A stretch of DNA of 64,000 nt from positions 1 through 64,000 of the forward strand of contig JAHHIK010000017.1 in NCBI GenBank assembly GCA_019358935.1, in the 5' to 3' direction. Shown here one piece after another: positions 1-12,328 of the stretch (position 1 is its first letter; every line of letters begins with the position of its first letter). Below the pieces are notes generated by a model that was not told where the DNA came from, did no database searches, and worked only from the letters and a program-made list of their open reading frames with translations. The DNA is from Tolypothrix carrinoi HA7290-LM1. Lineage in GTDB: Bacteria; Cyanobacteriota; Cyanobacteriia; Cyanobacteriales; Nostocaceae. The translations under genes and the position numbers were made by a program.

Positions 1-126
1 CCAGTTCTTCCGGAGCCAACTGGAGAAGCGTTTCACGGTCTAGTTTCACAGGCAGGTCTTTTTCCATAATTGTGATATTCCGCCTGAGATGTCACACTTG
101 TCAATACCCCTGACCTGAATCCTTAC
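1..126 (-). mobile_element. Left end of a probable IS66-family insertion sequence (continues off the window)
   Basis: The minus strand reads GTAAGGATTCAGG from 126, and a GTAA terminus is typical of IS66. It coincides with the abrupt end of the McrB-like ORF, and a new ORF starts 59 bp inside. Confidence 0.65.
2..67 (-). CDS. N-terminus of probable IS66 transposase (partial)
   Basis: ATG at 67 gives MEKDLPVKLDRETLLQLAPEEL, open to the window edge; resembles the leucine-rich N-termini of cyanobacterial IS66 transposases. Confidence 0.55.
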   Translation of the reverse strand, partial: MEKDLPVKLDRETLLQLAPEEL

Positions 127-718
127 CTTGTACCCAATGATTTTCCCCAGGAAACTGGTACTCAAATCTATTATCAGCTAAAGGTTTTTCCTCAACACCG
201 ATCAAGCGTAATATAGTTAGTAACTCAATTTCTGTAAGATTAATATTGTATGATGACCATCCATCATTATCTCTATCCAAAAGCTGAAAAACTGTTCCAA
301 AAATTGCAGAGGAGTTACCTCGGTTAATCTCATCTATAACCAAAGCCACATTTGCTGCATTATTATAGGCTAATTGTCGGTTTCGCTCAAGCCTAGCCCA
401 CTTTTCAGTATTCGACAAGTCTTTAAAGTCTCTATCTTTAGTTGGATCGTTATATTTTGCAATAATATTGTTAAAAGCCTGTGTGAGCGCCCTTAAAAAA
501 TGACCTTCATAAAATTGGTAACGTACAGTGCTACCTTTTGTAATTGGCACAAGTTTTCCCATAAAGTCGCCGTAGGTATATTCTGGATGAAAAACTGTGC
601 TGACAATATTTTCTGAATTTATTATTTTTAATTGTTCTTTAATAATTTCGTTATGAACTCTGTAGCTTTTCCCAGTTCCAGGGCTACCAAAGAGAATTTT
701 CTGAATAGGACTTGTCAT
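101..718 (-). pseudogene. McrB-like AAA+ GTPase of a restriction system, 5' part, interrupted
   Basis: Walker A GSPGTGKS, FHPEYTYGDF and Walker B IDEINRG are present. The McrB NxxD motif is never reached, and the last codons come from the IS end. Confidence 0.75.
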
Positions 719-756
719 GATTGTTTAGATTCGATGATTGACTGACAAAGCAAGTA

Positions 757-875
757 ATACCAAATTGGCTTTTGTAGCTTCCTTTTCCCCTAGCGACTGG
801 TAGTTACAACAACACGAACAAGCTTCGCTTTAGCCAACTACAGGGAAAAGCAAGTTATTGAACCAAGTTTGGTAT
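757..875. repeat. ~120 bp imperfect inverted-repeat (MITE-like) element
   Basis: ATACCAAATTGG..GCTTCCTTTTCCCCTAG pairs imperfectly with CTACAGGGAAAAGCAAG..CCAAGTTTGGTAT. Confidence 0.5.
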
Positions 876-1101
876 GAGGCTTTAGTTATAGAATTCCCCA
901 GAATGTAAACAAACTAACAGCAGTTAGCCGTTAGCTTGCTGGGGAAAAAGCCAAAAAATGTGAATCAGCCGACGCAACGTCGTTTTTTTAGATAAGCTTA
1001 AATTTTGTAGGGTGCGATCGCCTAATTCTAAAAGCCCAATTATTCCGAGCGCGAGAATCAAAACTCTGTCCTTGATCTGCTTGTCTGTCTACAAAGACAT
1101 G

Positions 1102-1323
1102 TCACAGCAGTTCCACAAATTCGTCCACGTTCAACCCTACTTGTCGGATAATCACACGCAAAGTGCCCCGATCTAGCTCATTGTGGTCGGGGACACTAAC
1201 TGTAGTTTTAGGTTCTTCACGAACCAAAATGATGTGGCTCCCACGCTGACGAGCTACAACAAAGCCGATTTTTTTCAGTGCTTTGACACACTCTGCACCT
1301 GAAATAACAGGCAATTTACTCAT
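1102..1323 (-). CDS. hicA: HicA-family toxin (mRNA interferase)
   Basis: 73 aa with RQRGSH motif, VPDH and GTLxxI. Confidence 0.9.
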   Translation of the reverse strand: MSKLPVISGAECVKALKKIGFVVARQRGSHIILVREEPKTTVSVPDHNELDRGTLRVIIRQVGLNVDEFVELL

Positions 1324-1550
1324 ACCAGTACGATCTCAACTGTATCGTCGGGTACGGGTTCACCTCGATCTTGAAGAACTTCAATGTAAAGAGTAATCGC
1401 TTCAGAGATGTTTGCCACAGCCTCTTGACGAGTTTTTCCCTGGCTAATGCAACCCGGTAAACTCGGCACTTCGACAACAAAATAGCCGTCTTCGCCAGGG
1501 TACAACAGTACTTTGCGCTTTGGTTTGGCTTGAGGCTTTGCCACAGTCAT
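1320..1550 (-). CDS. hicB: Short HicB-family antitoxin
   Basis: VPSLPGCISQGKTRQEA motif; 4-bp overlap with hicA. Confidence 0.9.
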   Translation of the reverse strand: MTVAKPQAKPKRKVLLYPGEDGYFVVEVPSLPGCISQGKTRQEAVANISEAITLYIEVLQDRGEPVPDDTVEIVLV

Positions 1551-1660
1551 TACTTGATTACTCAGTTACTTCATCTGGATGCTAACACTTTAGTCGAATG
1601 AGTTATCAGCAGCGATCGCGCTTGATTAGGATAATAAATTATTACTATAAATTCTAACTC

Positions 1661-2485
1661 ATGAAAGTGTTAGTCACCGGAAATCAAGGCATGATTGGAT
1701 CAGTTATAGAAGCCACCTTAAAAACTGAAGGATTTGAGGTGATTGGCTTTGACTTGGCAAATGGTGACGATATCCGCAACTTAGATTCAGTGCGCGATGC
1801 AGCAAGTGAATGTGATTTCATTGTGCATCTTGCAGCTTTGCTGGGTTACAGCGATGAGACTGCTGAAGATATCATGGACACTAATCTTCTTGGTACTTGG
1901 CACGTACTTTTGGCAGCAGCCTACGCAAAAGTTAAGCGTATTATCTTCTTTAGCAGCGTTGACGTTTTAGGCATCTTTAAGGGTGAGAGAACCCCAGACT
2001 ATCTCCCACTTGACGATAACCACCCCTGTTATCCGAAGACTACTTACGGCATTTCAAAATATCTTGCTGAAGAAATGTGCCGATTATTTACTAATAGTAG
2101 TGGTATATCAACGATCTGCCTTAGACCGCCAGGTGTCTTTGACGAAGAGCTTTACGAGTATATTCGATCGCGTCGTCAAGCTGAACCAGAATTTGAGTGG
2201 AAGCCGTTTTGGGAATATGGCGCATTCATTGATGTCCGCGACTTGACAAACGCTACAATATGTGCGCTAAAATGTCCCGATCCTGGACATGTCGCACTGT
2301 TACTGTGCGCTAATGACATTTCATCCGCACAGAAAACAAGCCGGGAATTAGCAAGTTTTCTATTACCGGGCGTTAGTTGGCGAGGAGGTTTAGAATTTGA
2401 TCGTGCCCCTTATAAAGCACTTATCGATACTACCCAAGCACAACAAATTCTTGGTTGGATACCACGTTACCATTGGCGTGCTTAG
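1661..2485 (+). CDS. NAD-dependent epimerase/dehydratase (extended SDR)
   Basis: TGNQGMIG Rossmann motif, HLAA, YGISK. Confidence 0.85.
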   Translation: MKVLVTGNQGMIGSVIEATLKTEGFEVIGFDLANGDDIRNLDSVRDAASECDFIVHLAALLGYSDETAEDIMDTNLLGTWHVLLAAAYAKVKRIIFFSSVDVLGIFKGERTPDYLPLDDNHPCYPKTTYGISKYLAEEMCRLFTNSSGISTICLRPPGVFDEELYEYIRSRRQAEPEFEWKPFWEYGAFIDVRDLTNATICALKCPDPGHVALLLCANDISSAQKTSRELASFLLPGVSWRGGLEFDRAPYKALIDTTQAQQILGWIPRYHWRA

Positions 2486-2568
2486 GAAAGTTAGGAGTTA
2501 AACGCACCAGGTAGCGGAGGTTATCGCAGAGGGACGCAGAAAAAGACATACTCCTGTGCGTATTTCAT

Positions 2569-3375
2569 TTAGTGTTGTAGTGCGGGGGTTTGTGGATTAA
2601 CTTTCAACCGCTTAAACATTGCTTCTCGCGCTTGCATTGCTAAAGTATCATCTAAAGGCTTTAAGGAAATGGGTTGTTGATATTTTAGCCGCAACGCTGT
2701 TTGAATTAACCAATCTGCGACAAAGGGATTTTTTGGTAACAGCGGACCGTGGGAATAAGTGGCGATCGCATTCTGATAAAATGCTCCTTCTGTCCCATCT
2801 TCACCATTATTACCCAAACCGTACATTACTTTTCCCAAAGCTTCTACTTTACCCAGCTTAGTGCGTCCGCCGTGATTTTCAAAGCCAACTAAATACGCTT
2901 TACCACCCGTCATCTCTTCCAAATCCCGCGCTAGACGAGTTGCTGTAACTTCTATCACCAAGTTACCAATACAGCGCTTAGTATTTTCACCAGGATGCAC
3001 CGAGACTAAATCAAGTATTCCCAAACCTTCAATCCGCTGTCCCAAACCTGGTTCATAATAATGTCCCAGCAATTGCGGTGAACCACAAGTAAACACTCCC
3101 GGAGTACCATTTTCGATTTTATCGCGCATTGCGCCCGCTTTCGCACCTTGCAAATCGCGCATGACGATTTCTTGCTGACGGTCTTGTGCGCCACCACCAA
3201 CTATCAAATCTACAGACTTTATATCATCTGGGGTTGCGTTTTGAGCCAGGGGTAAGACCCTCACATTATATCCCCGCCATTGTGCGCGGCGTTGTATGGT
3301 GATAACATTTCCGCGATCGCCATAAGTACTCATCAACGTCGGATATAACCAACCTATTGTTAATTCAAAACTCAT
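2569..3375 (-). CDS. gatD: GatD/CobQ-like type 1 glutamine amidotransferase
   Basis: YGDRGN, GGGAQD, TCG nucleophile, GFENH, YSHGPLLPKN. Confidence 0.85.
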   Translation of the reverse strand: MSFELTIGWLYPTLMSTYGDRGNVITIQRRAQWRGYNVRVLPLAQNATPDDIKSVDLIVGGGAQDRQQEIVMRDLQGAKAGAMRDKIENGTPGVFTCGSPQLLGHYYEPGLGQRIEGLGILDLVSVHPGENTKRCIGNLVIEVTATRLARDLEEMTGGKAYLVGFENHGGRTKLGKVEALGKVMYGLGNNGEDGTEGAFYQNAIATYSHGPLLPKNPFVADWLIQTALRLKYQQPISLKPLDDTLAMQAREAMFKRLKVNPQTPALQH

Positions 3376-3766
3376 AAATCCTCTCTTAATTAATAATTCA
3401 TAACTTTCTTTTTCTAACTATGGTCGGCTAATCCGGTGCATATAAGCGAGATGGTGAAGTAATTTCGGTTTGGGTAAGCATATCGTGAATTTGTCCTCAA
3501 TGGTGTATTTGCTACTAAAAAAATTGCCATCATCAGGTAAATGGGTTGGTGTAAATTTTATTTTGATTGAACTGTTGCCGAAGAAATTCACATTTAACAT
3601 ACTTAGTTTTTAATTTATTTTTGTATTTGAAGTCACAGTTTTTCTAGTTTGACAACGTGTCGTTTTGAAATTTTAAAATATATAACATTATTGGTAGAAT
3701 TATGGGCATTAAGCCGTAAGATTACAGGGTGCATTCGGTTGATTTAAACACCGTCAAAATTACCAT

Positions 3767-4168
3767 ATGGATTGTAAAACGGCTACTTTGGTCTACCAAA
3801 CTGAGAACCATCTCGAAAAAATTAGGGAAATATTTCCCGAAGCTTGGAAATTTTTAGAGGAAGTATCTTTTGCGTATGTTCAAGGCACATATGACAAGTT
3901 TGACTCGGATATTAGAAATTTGGTAGGTGAAAAACCTTTCAAATTTAGAATGGTTCACCGCGATGATAGAGACCAACTCACCAAAGACCTTTCCGACTTA
4001 TTAGGAGATATTACATCGCGTTTACTACTAGAAAAGCATTTTTCGCAAGTAGTTGGTCAGCAAGTATTTTTCAGCACAATTTGTTGTAACAGTCACTTGA
4101 CAACCGACCACGAATTAACTTTGGAAGAAGTTCTACCTTTACAACGTGCAGCTGTGAAGTTGCAATAA
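3767..4168 (+). CDS. Conserved hypothetical protein
   Basis: 133-aa ORF with typical composition, lying between murT and gatD on the opposite strand. Confidence 0.7.
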   Translation: MDCKTATLVYQTENHLEKIREIFPEAWKFLEEVSFAYVQGTYDKFDSDIRNLVGEKPFKFRMVHRDDRDQLTKDLSDLLGDITSRLLLEKHFSQVVGQQVFFSTICCNSHLTTDHELTLEEVLPLQRAAVKLQ

Positions 4169-4271
4169 TTGGGCATGGGGCATTGGGCATGGGGCATGGG
4201 GCATGGAAAGAATCTCTCCCAAATCCAATTCTCAATGCCCATTGCCCATTGCCCAATTCCCAATTCCCAAA
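4169..4271. repeat. Inverted STRR block (GGGCATT/GGGGCAT ... AATGCCC/AATTCCC) with CATGGAAAGAATC core
   Basis: Heptamer arrays in opposite orientation between convergent genes. Confidence 0.85.
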
Positions 4272-5609
4272 TTATCTAATTTTCCTACCCGTCAGCGCTT
4301 CTCGCACATCTAGCATGGCTGTATAAGTAGGTAAAATATGTAAAGTTTCGTTAAGTGGGGTGCGTTCTAAAGCAGTATTGATAGCTTGACGCAAATTTTC
4401 TTCCACAATTAGATTAAAATTGCTTTGGGGAGAAGATTCGCTGTAGCGAAGACGTAACGCCATATCATAAGCGCGATCGCCACTAACTACCAAAGTACCT
4501 CCACGTTCTACCAATTTCTCGGTATCGACATCCCAAATCCAAGAAACATCTTCGCCATCTTGGATTTTATCATTCAACACTAGCAAAGTTGTTGTATCAC
4601 TGCTTTGAGTTACTACGCGAATAGTTTCATTTGTGCCTACAGGATTTTTGGATAACAGAATTATGACATTTTTGCCATTAATTTTTAATTCTTCAGCACG
4701 ACCAAAAGCAGCTTGAAAGTTAGGAATTGCATCGCGGATAATTGCTTCATCAACACCTAATTCTTTCGCCGCAGTAGCAGCAGCTAGAGTATTATATTTG
4801 TTATACAACCCAACGAGAATTTGCTGCCATTCGCTGCTATCAAGCGTTGGTTTACTTCTACTAAAGCCGCAACTAGGACAGGAATATTCACCCATATGGG
4901 ATAAATAAACTCCTTTGTAGTTTAAAGCGTGCCCGCATTTGGGACAATAAATAGAATCAACAGCATGGGGAATTGCTTCGAGATAGTTTTCTGGTTCATT
5001 CAAACCAAAGAATGAGACTTGTTGCTGAGATAATTGTTGACCAAGATAACAGATTGTTGGATCGTCAGCGTTAGCGACAACGATAGTTTGAGAAGGTAAA
5101 GTAGCGATCGCTTTCGTCCAACGCTTACTAATAGTATCAACTTCCCCATATCTGTCAAGTTGGTCGCGGAACAAATTTAAACAAAGAATCAGCTTTGGTT
5201 GAATTGGTGCCAAAACAAGAGGCACAATATTCTCATCCACTTCTAAAATGGCGTAATCAACATCCAGCTTACCTAGCAAGTTGGAATTTTCCATCAACGC
5301 CGTCATCAAACCATTTTCCAGGTTTGCACCTGTAGAATTATGCGCTACGCGGTAGCCTTGACGTTGTAGTATCTCACATAAAAGCAGCGATGTCGTGGTT
5401 TTCCCGTTAGTACCAGCAATTAAAATTACCCCGTTTTTGACTTGCTGACTCAATAACTGCAATAATTGGGGTTCAATGCGACGAGCAATTGAGCCTGGTA
5501 ATACACTAGCAGCACCCAGACGAAGCGATCGCACTCCAAAAGTTACACTTTTCGCTACCGACACCGCAAAGCCTAGTCTCAGTCTATCTATAAATTTAAT
5601 TTTTCCCAC
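4272..5609 (-). CDS. murT: MurT (Mur ligase family with DUF1727-type domain), lipid II amidation subunit
   Basis: GTNGKTTT, GANL, LEVDE, NLFRDQLDRYGE, two CxxC, DVSWIWD, PTYTAML. Confidence 0.85.
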   Translation of the reverse strand: MGKIKFIDRLRLGFAVSVAKSVTFGVRSLRLGAASVLPGSIARRIEPQLLQLLSQQVKNGVILIAGTNGKTTTSLLLCEILQRQGYRVAHNSTGANLENGLMTALMENSNLLGKLDVDYAILEVDENIVPLVLAPIQPKLILCLNLFRDQLDRYGEVDTISKRWTKAIATLPSQTIVVANADDPTICYLGQQLSQQQVSFFGLNEPENYLEAIPHAVDSIYCPKCGHALNYKGVYLSHMGEYSCPSCGFSRSKPTLDSSEWQQILVGLYNKYNTLAAATAAKELGVDEAIIRDAIPNFQAAFGRAEELKINGKNVIILLSKNPVGTNETIRVVTQSSDTTTLLVLNDKIQDGEDVSWIWDVDTEKLVERGGTLVVSGDRAYDMALRLRYSESSPQSNFNLIVEENLRQAINTALERTPLNETLHILPTYTAMLDVREALTGRKIR

Positions 5610-5654
5610 ATCTGTATCCTAATTTTCTCGCGGTTACTAGCTTATAGCCACAAG

Positions 5655-5945
5655 GGGACAAGGGGCAGGGGGCAGGGGGACAAGGAGGACAAGGAGGAAT
5701 TTCTTCCCCATCTCCCTTGTCTCCCCCATCTCCCCCATCTCCCCCATCTCCCCATCTCCCCCATCTCCCCCATCTCCCCCATCTCCCTTGTCTCCCTTGT
5801 CTCCCCCATCTCCCCATCTCCCCCATCTCCCCCATCTCCCCCATCTCCCTTGTCTCCCTTGTCTCCCCCATCTCCCCATCTCCCTTGTCTCCCTTGTCTC
5901 CCTTGTCTCCTTGTCTCCCCCCCTCCCCCTCTCCCCTCATCCCCC
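5655..5945. repeat. 9-mer tandem array (CTCCCCCAT / CTCCCTTGT) with short inverted arm
   Basis: More than 20 near-perfect 8-9-mer units. Confidence 0.9.
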
Positions 5946-6065
5946 CTTCAAGCGTTATCTTAAAACTTGGTACTTCGGCGTAATTATATATCCGGTTTAA
6001 TTCGCTTTATTCAGTACAAACTCACGCAGTAGCCGAACAAAATTGAGGTTAAAAGGTTTCTTTTG

Positions 6066-6653
6066 ATGACTGGTATAAAGTTAAATTTTTCACCCAAAAT
6101 TATTTTTTCCTGGTGGCATTTTTTCTCTAAATGCCTGTTGCTGATAGCTTGCCTGTTCATCATTGGGATTCAGCCCGCATTTGCAAGTATCAATAATGAT
6201 ACGTATGATGGCAATATTTTTGTCGTCTATGCTGGCAATGGTTCGCTGGTTCCTCCAAAACAGACCCTCGCACAAACTTTATCAGAACATAAACCCGCAG
6301 TATTAGCGTTTTATGTGGAGGACAGCAGCGATTGCAAGCAATATGCCCTTGTAATTTCACGAATACAAGAATTCTATGGTCGCGCCGCAGAGATTATACC
6401 TGTAAGTGTGGATAGTATCTTACCCAAAGAAACTTATGCTACCACAGAACCAGGTTATTACTACTCTGGGGCTGTTCCCCAAATCGTGGTGTTTAATCAG
6501 TCGGGTAATGTAGTTTTGAATAAAAACGGTCAAGTGCGGTATGAAGAAATAGACGACAGATTGCGCGAAGTGTTTGATTTATTACCCCGTGATAAATCAG
6601 TGGAGTTAAAACGGCGTTCCTTCAATGAGTTAAATAGTGAAATAACTGAATAA
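6066..6653 (+). CDS. Thioredoxin-like membrane-anchored protein (photosystem I accumulation factor-like)
   Basis: Signal/anchor segment, YDGNIF.YAGNGSLVPP, SSDCKQ, VPQ. Confidence 0.7.
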   Translation: MTGIKLNFSPKIIFSWWHFFSKCLLLIACLFIIGIQPAFASINNDTYDGNIFVVYAGNGSLVPPKQTLAQTLSEHKPAVLAFYVEDSSDCKQYALVISRIQEFYGRAAEIIPVSVDSILPKETYATTEPGYYYSGAVPQIVVFNQSGNVVLNKNGQVRYEEIDDRLREVFDLLPRDKSVELKRRSFNELNSEITE

Positions 6654-6660
6654 CTTATGA

Positions 6661-6694
6661 GGCAGACAAACTGAGTCTGCCCTAATTTTTTTTT
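6661..6694 (+). terminator. Intrinsic terminator
   Basis: GGCAGAC-loop-GTCTGCC followed by a T-run. Confidence 0.6.
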
Positions 6695-6786
6695 GTGAAA
6701 TCAGATACGACATAGTGATTGAAATCAGGAGATAATATCTAAATATTACGATGAATAATCAGGCAATAATCACAAAATCAATAACT

Positions 6787-7158
6787 AGGGACTGGGGAAT
6801 GGGGAATGGGTAATGGGTAATGGGTAATGGGGAATGGGGCATAGGTTTGGCTGTGCGTTGGACGGGTTCCCCGGCAGACGCGCATCTGCCGTCATGGGGC
6901 ATAGGTTTGGCTGTGCGTTGGACGGGTTCCCCGGCAGACGCGCATCTGCCGTCATGGGGCATTGGGCATGGAAAGAATCGTATTTATTCACCCACTCGCT
7001 TTCTTGAACTTCTTTAATTCCCAATGCCCAATGACGGCAGATGCTCCACTTGGTCCGACACCAAGACCGCACAGCCAAACCTATGCCCAATTACCAATTA
7101 CCTTTTTCCCAATTCCCAATGCCCAATGCCCTATGCCCTATGCCCAATGCCCAACCAA
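6787..7158. repeat. Composite palindromic repeat: STRR arms, 60-bp tandem duplication and an inverted variant copy
   Basis: 6836-6895 is identical to 6896-6955; 7031-7088 is an inverted copy with a different middle. Confidence 0.85.
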
Positions 7159-7179
7159 TGACTAATAGAGTGTGTTCTC

Positions 7180-7788
7180 ATGTCAAAGGTTTATACTACC
7201 GAGGAACTAATCCAAATTTTACGTTCTGAACGCCAAGCCTGTCTCAAGGGTGAGCGTTTAAAGTTAGAGGTCACTGTCTCTGGCAATCCTTTAATTGACC
7301 AGTTTATCAAAAGTGATGGGCTACAAAAATTTACTGCATATGAAGATTTTAAAGCCGCTATTCACGACTATCAAAAAGAATACCAAGTTTCCGGAATTGT
7401 CTGGCGCAAGGTAACTATTAAAACTAAAACTTTGCGATATCCAGAAGTAGATTCTCAATTAATTGCTTTACCCGGCGATGTGGAAATATTAAAAAATGCT
7501 AAAAGTTATCTTTTGAATTTTTGGGATGAAGTAACAGATGAAATGGATTTGTACTTGAGTTTTAATAATAGCAAACAATACCAAAATATTATCAAAGCTG
7601 ATGTAGAGAGAATTGCTCAAAGAACAGAATGGGCAAGTTTATGTGTGTTTGAAAATTCTAACTTTTTGGAAATAATTTTGCAGTTGGGATGGGGTAAACC
7701 AGAAGAAGCCAGTTATAAACGAGGAAGACCCCATTCTGGTAGTGAGTATATTCACGCAGTCAATCCGGGTAATCGTCCGATTGGTTAA
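7180..7788 (+). CDS. Hypothetical protein
   Basis: 202-aa ORF; YTTEELIQIL..ER.AC N-terminus. Confidence 0.75.
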   Translation: MSKVYTTEELIQILRSERQACLKGERLKLEVTVSGNPLIDQFIKSDGLQKFTAYEDFKAAIHDYQKEYQVSGIVWRKVTIKTKTLRYPEVDSQLIALPGDVEILKNAKSYLLNFWDEVTDEMDLYLSFNNSKQYQNIIKADVERIAQRTEWASLCVFENSNFLEIILQLGWGKPEEASYKRGRPHSGSEYIHAVNPGNRPIG

Positions 7789-7793
7789 ATATT

Positions 7794-7839
7794 GTAGTAA
7801 GCACGGAGAGTGCTTAAAAGCGCTCTCTGCGCTTACTAC
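7794..7839. repeat. GTAG-type REP-like palindromic doublet
   Basis: GTAG TAAGCAC..GTGCTTA AAAGCGC..GCGCTTA CTAC; near-identical inverted copy at 45296-45341. Confidence 0.75.
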
Positions 7840-7895
7840 GAATTTAAATTACATTTGCTGTCAGTCCCAGGCACGAATCACCATAAGATAATTAG

Positions 7896-8693
<798 letters not shown>

Positions 8694-8696
8694 TTG

Positions 8697-8845
8697 AAGG
8701 AGAGGGGGGGAGGGGGAGAGGGGGGGATGGGGAGAGGGGGGGATGGGGAGAGGGGGGGATGGGGAGAAAGAAGAATTATTCTCCTTGTCCCCACGCCCGT
8801 CGCCCTTGTCCCCTTGTCCCCTTGTCTCCCACTCCCCCACTCCTC
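8697..8845. repeat. G-rich/C-rich repeat block between convergent genes
   Basis: GGGGAGAGGGGGGGAT units, then CCTTGTCC and CCCCACT units. Confidence 0.8.
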
Positions 8846-9926
8846 ACACCGTCGCCCGTATCCTCTGCCAGAGAGTGAAGCCTAAAAGGATAATGATGCC
8901 GCTGAGGGTAGCAACCATCACTGCTAAACTCATGTTCTGTGTTCTCATTGCCAGCAAGTTGAAAATCAAAGTAATTGACCACAAAGTAAACCCAGCGTTG
9001 CGCTGGGATAAACCCCAAGCTAACAAGCGGTGGTGCAAATGGTCTTTACCGGGGGTACTCATGGGATTTTTCCCTGCCATCAATCGCTTGACTACCACTT
9101 GAGTGGTGTCTAGCACTGGCAACAGTAAAAATAACACTGTCGGCACCAGGGAAAACACGGTAGTTACTTGGAGTTTACCGAGAATACTGGTTGCCGCTAG
9201 CACATAGCCAAAAAAGTATGCCCCAGCATCACCCATAATGATTCGCGAGGGGTGGAAGTTGTGACGCAAAAAGCCCAGCGCCGCTCCCCCCAATGCTGCT
9301 AAAACTAAAGTTGCTGCTGCCCGATTGGGAAATTGAGCAGAAACTGCCAACAAACTCATGGCGGTGATAAAGCTGACTCCTCCCGCCAAACCATCCATAC
9401 CATCCATCAAATTGATGGCGTTGGTAATTCCTACTACCCAAAACACCGTCAACAACATTGACAAAATTGAGTCAAAGGGAGTGCCAAAATTTATATCAAT
9501 ACTGATGCCATTAGCAACTAGCAATAGTGCGGTGAGAATTTGAGTAAACATCCGCACAGACGGGGGTAAGCCGAACTGATCGTCTATAAAGCCGACAAGA
9601 ACTAATATTGAACCTCCGAGTAAAATACTCAGCACCTGCACCAATACGTTTTGCACTTCGATTGGTCGCAAGAGGCTAGCTAGTACCAACGCGGCAATTA
9701 CTCCGCTGTAGATAGCCAAACCCCCCGCATTGGGCAAAGGTTCTCGATTTAGTCGTCGTGCGTTTGGTTGGTCAGCCCAACCGACGCGCAAGGCAAACTT
9801 GCGTAAAGTCGGAATCATACGCCACGTAACTAGCCAAGCCAAAAGAAACGTAAATACTACCGCTAACCAGCCGGAACCGCTAGGTTTAGCTATACCAATA
9901 GACTGAAGGGAGTCGTATAGATTCAT
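8844..9926 (-). CDS. MraY/WecA-family undecaprenyl-phosphate sugar-1-phosphate transferase (GT4)
   Basis: GFIDD, NAINLMDGMDGL, MGDAG, HLHH; many TM helices. Confidence 0.9.
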   Translation of the reverse strand: MNLYDSLQSIGIAKPSGSGWLAVVFTFLLAWLVTWRMIPTLRKFALRVGWADQPNARRLNREPLPNAGGLAIYSGVIAALVLASLLRPIEVQNVLVQVLSILLGGSILVLVGFIDDQFGLPPSVRMFTQILTALLLVANGISIDINFGTPFDSILSMLLTVFWVVGITNAINLMDGMDGLAGGVSFITAMSLLAVSAQFPNRAAATLVLAALGGAALGFLRHNFHPSRIIMGDAGAYFFGYVLAATSILGKLQVTTVFSLVPTVLFLLLPVLDTTQVVVKRLMAGKNPMSTPGKDHLHHRLLAWGLSQRNAGFTLWSITLIFNLLAMRTQNMSLAVMVATLSGIIILLGFTLWQRIRATV

Positions 9927-10024
9927 CTCCCGATTTAAGCATTACTGCCAATAGCCGACATGAGCATCAACTGTATATTAATCAATTTTTTTCCATTTAT
10001 TTGTAAAATGAACTGCTTCCTCAG

Positions 10025-11754
<1,730 letters not shown>

Positions 11755-11827
11755 TCCAGAACTGGGGACGCTTGGACTGGGTAATAAAGCCCCACCCCAA
11801 TCCCTAATTTCCGTCATCAAATCCTGT

Positions 11828-11853
11828 AAGGGCGGGGTTTTCCCGCCCTTTTT
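11828..11853 (+). terminator. Intrinsic terminator of groEL2
   Basis: AAGGGCGGG-GTTTT-CCCGCCCTT followed by Ts. Confidence 0.8.
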
Positions 11854-11919
11854 GATATAAATATTTTTGCAGCGGTTTGTCTGACAAGGACAAACTGTTT
11901 TTTTATCGTCGCTTCGCTC

Positions 11920-12092
11920 CTGGGTGTGGGGTTGCAGTGATGGGGTGTGGGGAATACCTTGAAGAATGCTCACACCCCGCCCCAGGAGCATTCGGGTTTA
12001 AGACCCCACCGTCTTACGGTGTATAAAGGTTGGTTGGGGTTAGAATCCCCATCCAACCGAACCCTACACCCCACACCCTACCCCCTACACCC
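11920..12092. repeat. GGGTGTG/CACACCC repeat arms enclosing small hairpins
   Basis: Inverted heptamer arms with internal short palindromes. Confidence 0.6.
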
Positions 12093-12328
12093 TGTTCAAA
12101 AGATTATTTTATTTTTCGGATTGTATTCTCAGCAAGAAGATGCTAAAACACTAAAACAAAAATAATGTAATTTTTCATGAGAAAACCAAATAGTATAAAA
12201 TGACCAATTTCAATTATTCAGATTAATGTTAAAAAAAACTAAATAAATCTATCTTGCGTTTTTGCCAGTTCAAAATTCAAGGAAAGATAATTTTTGACTA
12301 ATTAATGACTTGTTACAGGTAAAAGTAC

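Noticed and set aside
5596..6000. Several overlapping low-complexity ORFs
   Set aside because: They are translations of the 9-mer array, which has no stops in most frames.
6836..7088. Possible CRISPR array
   Set aside because: Only two identical tandem units plus one inverted copy; no unique spacers in direct orientation and no cas genes.
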